A DNA stretch of 32,005 nt from Candidatus Zixiibacteriota bacterium (GTDB lineage: Bacteria; Zixibacteria; MSB-5A5; GN15; FEB-12), in NCBI GenBank assembly GCA_041742355.1, contig JBGSIV010000064.1, forward strand, positions 1-32,005, in the 5' to 3' direction. The notes beneath the pieces were generated by a model, which was given only the letters and a program-made list of their open reading frames with translations, ran no database searches and was not told the DNA's origin. Made by a program: the position numbers and the translations under genes. Of the stretch, positions 26,888-32,005 are shown one piece after another (within the stretch, counting starts at the first letter, position 1; each line of letters begins with the position of its first letter).

Positions 26888-27811
26888 CTAGGCCTGTTCT
26901 TTGTCAAACAGCAGTGTCGACAGGTACCGTTCGCCCGTGTCGCAGATTATACTCACAATCGTCTTGCCCGGACCGAGCCGCCTGGCCACCTGCATGGCGG
27001 CCCAGGTGATCGCCCCCGATGAAATCCCGACCAGCAGCCCTTCCTGCAAGGCCAGCTCTTTGGCGATCGCGAAAGCGTCGTCATTGGTCGCCTGAATGAT
27101 CTCATCGACTATATCCGGGTTATAGTTGTCCGGCACAAATCCCGCCCCGATTCCCTGAATCTTGTGGGGCGAGTGTGTGCCACCGGAGAGCACCGGTGAA
27201 TCTTTCGGCTCGACCGCGATTACCCTGCAGCCGTACTTTTCCTTAAGCAACCCGCCGGCGCCCGCGATCGTGCCCCCCGTGCCGACGCCCGAGAGGAAGG
27301 CATCGAGGTGGATTCCGCCGAGATCATCGATAATCTCCCGGCCGGTTGTCGCGCGGTGAATTTCGGGGTTGGCCGGGTTGGAAAACTGCATCGGCATCCA
27401 GGCGTTCCCTTCGGCCAGAATTTCCCGCGCCTTAGCGATCGATCCGCGCATCCCCTCCGAACCCGGTGTCAGCACAAGCGTCGCGCCGAACTGGCGGCAC
27501 AATGCCCGCCGCTCGATTGACATCGTGTCCGGCATCGTCAGGATGCACTTGTAACCTTTAGCCGCGGCCACCATCGCAAGCGCGATCCCGGTGTTCCCCG
27601 AGGTCGGCTCGACAATGGTCATCCCCGGCTTCAGGTCCCCCGATCGCTCGGCGGCCAGGATCATCGAGGCCCCGATACGGTCCTTGACCGAATGGGCCGG
27701 GTTGAAATTCTCCATTTTCAGGTAAATCGTGGCCGACTGCGAGTCGGTCAGGCGGTTTACCCGAACCAGCGGCGTGTAGCCGTTCGCTTCTACGATGTTC
27801 TCGAATCTCAT
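26888..27811 (-). CDS. cysK: Cysteine synthase A
   Basis: NPAHSVKDRIG (PLP lysine), EPTSGNTGIALA, GVGTGGT, HKIQGIGAGF, GISSGA, DTGERYLST; AGGAG RBS. Confidence 0.95.
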   Translation of the reverse strand: MRFENIVEANGYTPLVRVNRLTDSQSATIYLKMENFNPAHSVKDRIGASMILAAERSGDLKPGMTIVEPTSGNTGIALAMVAAAKGYKCILTMPDTMSIERRALCRQFGATLVLTPGSEGMRGSIAKAREILAEGNAWMPMQFSNPANPEIHRATTGREIIDDLGGIHLDAFLSGVGTGGTIAGAGGLLKEKYGCRVIAVEPKDSPVLSGGTHSPHKIQGIGAGFVPDNYNPDIVDEIIQATNDDAFAIAKELALQEGLLVGISSGAITWAAMQVARRLGPGKTIVSIICDTGERYLSTLLFDKEQA

Positions 27812-28051
27812 TTGGATGGCTCCTATAAACCATTATCGTACAGTTGACTGCAATTATTGAGGGGTCGGCCGGTCGCCGACCTTGCCCTCCGCCGGCGCGA
27901 TATCAGTCGTGCCTTACGACCGGGTGGACCGCCTAAGTCTTTGGCTCACCACGGCCTCCGGCTTGGACAGAGTCGGGAAGAATCAGCCTGTACTACCCTA
28001 CAACACGCTTTTCCCGGTGTAGTTCTTCTCTCCAAAAAAAGTCGGGCGGAC

Positions 28052-28065
28052 TTGACAGAAGTCAA
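28052..28065. promoter_or_regulatory. Palindromic operator-like site TTGAC-N4-GTCAA
   Basis: Perfect dyad between the divergent cysK and ferredoxin genes. Confidence 0.45.
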
Positions 28066-28074
28066 AAGCCGGCC

Positions 28075-28102
28075 TTGACTTCCCCGGCGATTTTTGTATG
28101 CT
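28075..28102 (+). promoter_or_regulatory. Putative sigma70 promoter of the ferredoxin gene
   Basis: TTGACT-N16-TATGCT. Confidence 0.5.
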
Positions 28103-28222
28103 TCGCATCAAATTCGACTTCCCGGTGTATACCATCGGAAAGCAGCGGAAAATCAACGCGTTTTGCCCAAAACCGGCAAAGCAGGCTGTATATACTGCTT
28201 GAGTAAACCTAAGGAGGTTACG

Positions 28223-28414
28223 ATGAAGGTGCGAGTCGACCACGATCTGTGCAGCGGCGACGGAATCTGCGAAGAGCTCTGCCCGGCCGTCTTCAAAATG
28301 AACGCCAACGACCAGGCCGACGTGATCGTCGACGAAGTCCCGGCTGACGAAGAAGATGCCGTCCGCGAGGCCGCCGAGAGCTGCCCCGAGGAATGCATTT
28401 TTATTGAAGAATAG
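28223..28414 (+). CDS. Monocluster ferredoxin (Cys-x2-Asp-x2-Cys...Cys-Pro), 63 aa
   Basis: TAAGGAGG RBS; VDHDLCSGDGICEELCP...AAESCPEECI. Confidence 0.93.
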   Translation: MKVRVDHDLCSGDGICEELCPAVFKMNANDQADVIVDEVPADEEDAVREAAESCPEECIFIEE

Positions 28415-28478
28415 TCTTGCAGAGCAAGAGCCTCTGCGCTCTTGCCGTTGACCTACCCAAACGCATTGGATCCCCAAG

Positions 28479-28542
28479 CGTCACCCTTCGACTACGCTCA
28501 GGGTGACGAAGATTGTAGGGCACGGCCTTTTGCGGTCGTGCC
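28479..28542. repeat. Two adjacent REP-like palindromes
   Basis: CGTCACCCT-TCGACTACGCTC-AGGGTGACG (28479-28508) and GTAG-GGCACGGCC-TTTTGC-GGTCGTGCC (28515-28542). Confidence 0.7.
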
Positions 28543-28545
28543 TTC

Positions 28546-28575
28546 TTCTTTTGTGAGATCTTCTTTTGTGAGATC
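28546..28575. repeat. 15-bp perfect tandem duplication
   Basis: TTCTTTTGTGAGATC twice, abutting the stop codon of the GNAT gene. Confidence 0.9.
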
Positions 28576-29132
28576 TACCCTTCCCGCCACTCTGCGTTGA
28601 TCAGGCTCGTCAGAATGTGGTCCTCCCATACCCCGTTGATCCTCAGGTACGCCTTGGCCTCCCCCTCGATGGTGAACCCGGCTTTGGCCAGGACGGCTCC
28701 GCTCGCCTTGTTGCGGGGCATGTAGTTCGCCATCACGCGGTGCAGATTGCACTCGCGGAAGAGATACGCCACCGCTGCCTGTACCGCCTCGGTCGTATAT
28801 CCTTTGCCCTGCTCAACTTCATCGATCGAGAACCCGAGGTGGCAGGCCTGAAATGCTCCGCGTACAAGGTTTGAGAAGGTCAACCGCCCGATGACCCGCC
28901 CGATGTCAACCGCCTTGAAAGCGAACAGATCCAGCCGTCCATCGGGCTCAAACGCCGGCCGAGGCTGTCCCACCCGATCCCGCCAGTACGGTTCCTCGAA
29001 GTATGACTGCGGAAACACCGGCTCAAACGGCTGCAGGTACAACCGGTTACGCTGGACGTAGTCCACGATAGCGGCTACATCGTCCTGTGTCGCTTGACGA
29101 ACAATCAGTCGCGCGGTCTTGATTTCCACCAT
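28575..29132 (-). CDS. RimJ-like GNAT N-acetyltransferase
   Basis: TARLIVR, RGAFQACHLGFSID..QGKGYTTEAV, LHRVMANYMPRNKAS, GFTIEG..YLRINGVWEDH. Confidence 0.92.
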   Translation of the reverse strand: MVEIKTARLIVRQATQDDVAAIVDYVQRNRLYLQPFEPVFPQSYFEEPYWRDRVGQPRPAFEPDGRLDLFAFKAVDIGRVIGRLTFSNLVRGAFQACHLGFSIDEVEQGKGYTTEAVQAAVAYLFRECNLHRVMANYMPRNKASGAVLAKAGFTIEGEAKAYLRINGVWEDHILTSLINAEWREG

Positions 29133-29254
29133 AGAATTTCCCGCAATATGACGCTAACTCCTGCCCGCAATTGTCGCGTATAAAGCAGACGGGAGACAAA
29201 GTAGTCGACAAGCGACCCTTGGGCAACGATTTTACGGGGAGTGGAGCAGGCATC

Positions 29255-30349
29255 ATGAATATCCTATTTATTGGCGGTACGCGGTTTATCGGACTGTCGG
29301 CGCTGGCCGAACTTATTGATTCAGGCCATCAGGTAGCCGTATTCCACCGCGGCCAGACGGAGGAAGGTGTGCCGGACGGTGTGCGGCACATTCATGGCGA
29401 CCGGGCCAATCTCTCGGCCCACCGTGCCGAATTCGCGGCATTCCGCCCCGATGTGGCCGTTGACATCACCGCGCTCACCGAGCGTCATGCCCGCGACCTT
29501 GTCGGCGTCATGAACGGTATTGCCGGGCGGCTGGTGGTGGTAAGCACCTGCGATGTCTACAGGAACTTCGGGCTCCTGCTGGGCAAGGAATTCGGCCGCG
29601 CCGTTTCCGAGCGTCTCACCGAAGATTCTCCCCTGCGCGAGAGCCGGTACCTCTTCCGCGAACAGGTCGGCCCCGATCACGTCTTCTACGACTACGAGAA
29701 GATCCATGTTGAACAGGTGGTCATGAACTCCTCCATTCCCGCCACCTGCCTGCGCTTCCCGATGGTTTACGGTCCCAACGACCGTCAGCACCGCCTCTAC
29801 ACCTATGTCAAGCGGATGGCGGACCGCCGCCCCGCGATCATGATCGACCGCGCCCAGGTCCACTGGCGCGGCCTGCGCGGTTTCCGCGACAACTGCGATC
29901 ACGCGATAGTGACCGCGGTCCTCAACCCTGAAGCCGCCGGGAAGATTTACAATGTCGGCGAGCCGATCGCTTTCACCGAGATGGAGTGGATCGAGAATCT
30001 CGCAGAGGCCATGCACTGGGCCGGCAAGATTATCGCGATCCCGAGCGATCACCTCCCCGATTACCTCCAGCAGGCCGTCAATTTCGAGTACTCGATCGAT
30101 GTCGACACCTCGCGCCTCCGTCACGACCTCGGGTACCATGAGGTGGTGAGTTTCGACGACGGATTGCAGCGCACGATCGCGTGGGAGCTGGGCAATCCGC
30201 CCAAGTATGCCGCCGCAGCGAGAGCAGGGCAGTCGGTCGACCAGTTCGACTACGGCCAGGAGGACCGTGTGCTCAAGCGTGTTCTGCGCACGCGATCGCT
30301 GCGTCCGCAGCTCGATGATCAGCGGCAACTGCGGCTGCGGTGGTTCTGA
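29255..30349 (+). CDS. NAD-dependent epimerase/dehydratase family (extended or atypical SDR)
   Basis: MNILFIGGTRFIG, FHRG, HGDR, STCDVY, YEKIHVE, LRFPMVYGP, IYNVG; GGAG RBS before ATG 29255. Confidence 0.9.
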   Translation: MNILFIGGTRFIGLSALAELIDSGHQVAVFHRGQTEEGVPDGVRHIHGDRANLSAHRAEFAAFRPDVAVDITALTERHARDLVGVMNGIAGRLVVVSTCDVYRNFGLLLGKEFGRAVSERLTEDSPLRESRYLFREQVGPDHVFYDYEKIHVEQVVMNSSIPATCLRFPMVYGPNDRQHRLYTYVKRMADRRPAIMIDRAQVHWRGLRGFRDNCDHAIVTAVLNPEAAGKIYNVGEPIAFTEMEWIENLAEAMHWAGKIIAIPSDHLPDYLQQAVNFEYSIDVDTSRLRHDLGYHEVVSFDDGLQRTIAWELGNPPKYAAAARAGQSVDQFDYGQEDRVLKRVLRTRSLRPQLDDQRQLRLRWF

Positions 30350-30436
30350 GGGCGTCGAGTGCGTCAGTAGTGGTTCGCCGAGTCAAACCGAACGCGGGCG
30401 CGGGAGATGTCGGTCAGCCGGTGACGCGTCGACAGG

Positions 30437-31830
30437 TTGGGTTCGTTTGCGCAAAGATGCGGTTTCATTGCCTCTCTCCCAGTCGGGTTTCTCGGGGCTT
30501 ACGCCCCTCGGAACACCGACCTACGTCTCAGGAACACGGGCCGACCATTGGGTTCGTTTGTACGGTTTCGGTGCATTCCTGTTTCTCCCGTCAAGCACCC
30601 AAGGCGGTGCTTGACCTACCTCGGATGGAACGGGTCTGTTTTGGTGCCCGCAGGGTCACACGCTCCGGGGCGGAGACAAGCCCCGCCCCTACGCGGGGGA
30701 AAGGGGATTGGGTTCGTTTGAGCGTGTTCCCGTGTGTCCGAATCTTCTCCCGCCGCAAGCGGTGGGGCCCCCATGCATCAGGATTGGGTTTGTTTGTGCA
30801 GGTTCGGGTTGGCCACCATGTCGGGTTTCTCGGGACCTTCGGTCCCTCGGAACCCGACCTACGAGCCTGGTTCTCCCGTCAAGCACCCAAAGAGGTGCTT
30901 GACCTACCTCGAGTCGAATTGGGTTTGTTTCTGCATATTCCCTGTATTCGTTCTCTCCGTGTCAGGCTCCAAGGAGCCTGCCCGACAAGAAGAGCATTCG
31001 TATCGGGCTGCCCACAGCAGAGCTGCGGGTTACCAGGTCGCTTGAGTGGTTCGGCACATTCCGGTTTCTCCCGTCAAGCACCCAAGGCGGTGCTTGACCT
31101 ACCTCGGATGGAATTGGGTCTGTTTCTGCATATTCCCTGTATTCGTTCCCTCGGTGTCAGGCTCCAAGGAGCCTGACCGACAAGAAGAGCATTCGTATCG
31201 GGCTGCCCACAGCAGAGCTGTGGGTTACCTGTTCATTCTGTCAGGCCGCAAGCGGCCTGACCAATTTCGGTCTCCTGCCGCACGGAGTGTGTCCGTGGCA
31301 CAAAGACAAATCCAAAGGCATGGATCCCGGGTCGTAGCCCGGGATGACAGTATCTGAGCGTCGGTTTGAGTCCACGCGTTTCAGTGGAGCATGACCGGTT
31401 CGTGGGGATCTTTTCCCACCGCGAGCGGTGGGGCACCGCGGTCGTTTGCGCCGGGATGTGGTCTTCTCTCCCTGTAGTGTCAGGCGGGGTCGCCTGACAC
31501 CACAGACGGCCGACCTGTACACTCTTTTCGTGTGGTGTCAGGTGGGGTCGCCTGACACCACGGACGGCCGCAGCGTACACTCTGTTCTATACTTACCGGG
31601 ACGTCGGGGCAATCTCCATCAGAAGTAAAATGAAAGTGTACAGATTCGACGGCGAAATGTTATCGCGAGAGGGAGTGAATCTGGTGGAGAGAGGGGACTT
31701 AACTTTCTCGGCCGCAAAAGAGGGGATTTTCAAAGGTCGGGAATTGGGGATCGGTGCTGATCGCTGTCGGGTCAGGCTGCAAGCAGCCTGACCTACATCG
31801 GGATCCCACAGCAAGCTGTGGGCGACCCGG
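30437..31830. repeat. Mosaic cluster of REP-like palindromes with recurrent (A)TTGGGTTCGTTT linker
   Basis: About 19 short inverted repeats of several families, seven ending in CTAC (GTAG on the minus strand); seven linker copies; internal duplications with 195-bp and 58-bp periods. Confidence 0.85.
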
Positions 31831-31979
31831 TACTCGATCCTTTCGTCGAACTCGATCGTTCCACCGATCCCACAGCAAGTAACTATGCTACGGGTATTAG
31901 TTGAGCCTCTGTTCGCCACGGGTATCTTGTCGTGAATCACAACCGTAACGACAAGACCCTCAGCGACCAGGAGGCTCAG

Positions 31980-32005
31980 ATGAGAAGGTACGACGCAGAA
32001 GCGAT
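31980..32005 (+). CDS. Possible start of the next gene (3'-partial, MRRYDAEA...)
   Basis: CAGGAGG RBS 5 nt before ATG 31980; too short to assign a function. Confidence 0.45.

Noticed and set aside
27812..28010. SAM riboswitch or T-box upstream of cysK
   Set aside because: No SAM-I core is visible. The T-box-like GGGTGGACCGC near 27922 is on the wrong strand and one base short.
30437..31126. CRISPR array interpretation of the linker repeats
   Set aside because: The repeat is only about 12-14 nt and degenerate, spacing is irregular (about 75-195 bp), the intervening segments are themselves repeated, and no cas gene is in the window.
30340..31940. ORFs 30340-31176, 30734-31045, 31046-31357, 31233-31580, 31593-31940 and a 53-codon ORF at 31630
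   Set aside because: They translate repeat or intergenic DNA, with no convincing RBS, no domain motif and no HUH/Tyr transposase signature.
31925..31956. Inverted repeat TCTTGTCGT-N14-ACGACAAGA before the last RBS
   Set aside because: It could be an operator or leader hairpin, but the downstream gene is outside the window, so it cannot be interpreted.

Overview
GC-rich bacterial window. It is probably from a candidate-division Zixibacteria-like or FCB-adjacent lineage; this is inferred only from the 'NYPNPFNP' C-terminal sorting domains and a Cys-bracketed dockerin-like tail. Left to right: (1) a 5'-truncated giant secreted Ig-repeat/BACON/cohesin-like protein and a smaller partner, both with T9SS-type CTDs; (2) PP2C phosphatase, PhzF-family enzyme and tRNA-Arg(ACG); (3) a minus-strand run of ankyrin-MBL hydrolase, two-domain aspartyl protease, Asp/Glu racemase and SDR; (4) a secreted 7-heme-motif cytochrome c ending in a dockerin-like domain; (5) PgeF/YfiH, small membrane proteins, a VOC-nitroreductase fusion, FKBP PPIase and a SAM methyltransferase; (6) a tandem array of four secreted Gln-rich paralogs (three PRC-barrel, one DUF2914-like) sharing a two-Cys OB-fold-like C-terminal domain; (7) cysK-cysE, ferredoxin, a RimJ-like GNAT and an NAD-dependent epimerase; (8) a ~1.4 kb non-coding mosaic of about 19 REP-like palindromes punctuated by a conserved TTGGGTTCGTTT motif. 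The best candidates for undescribed systems are the four-paralog array, the dockerin-tagged cytochrome with a cohesin-like scaffold, and the palindrome mosaic. All family calls come from motif recognition by eye; no searches were run.
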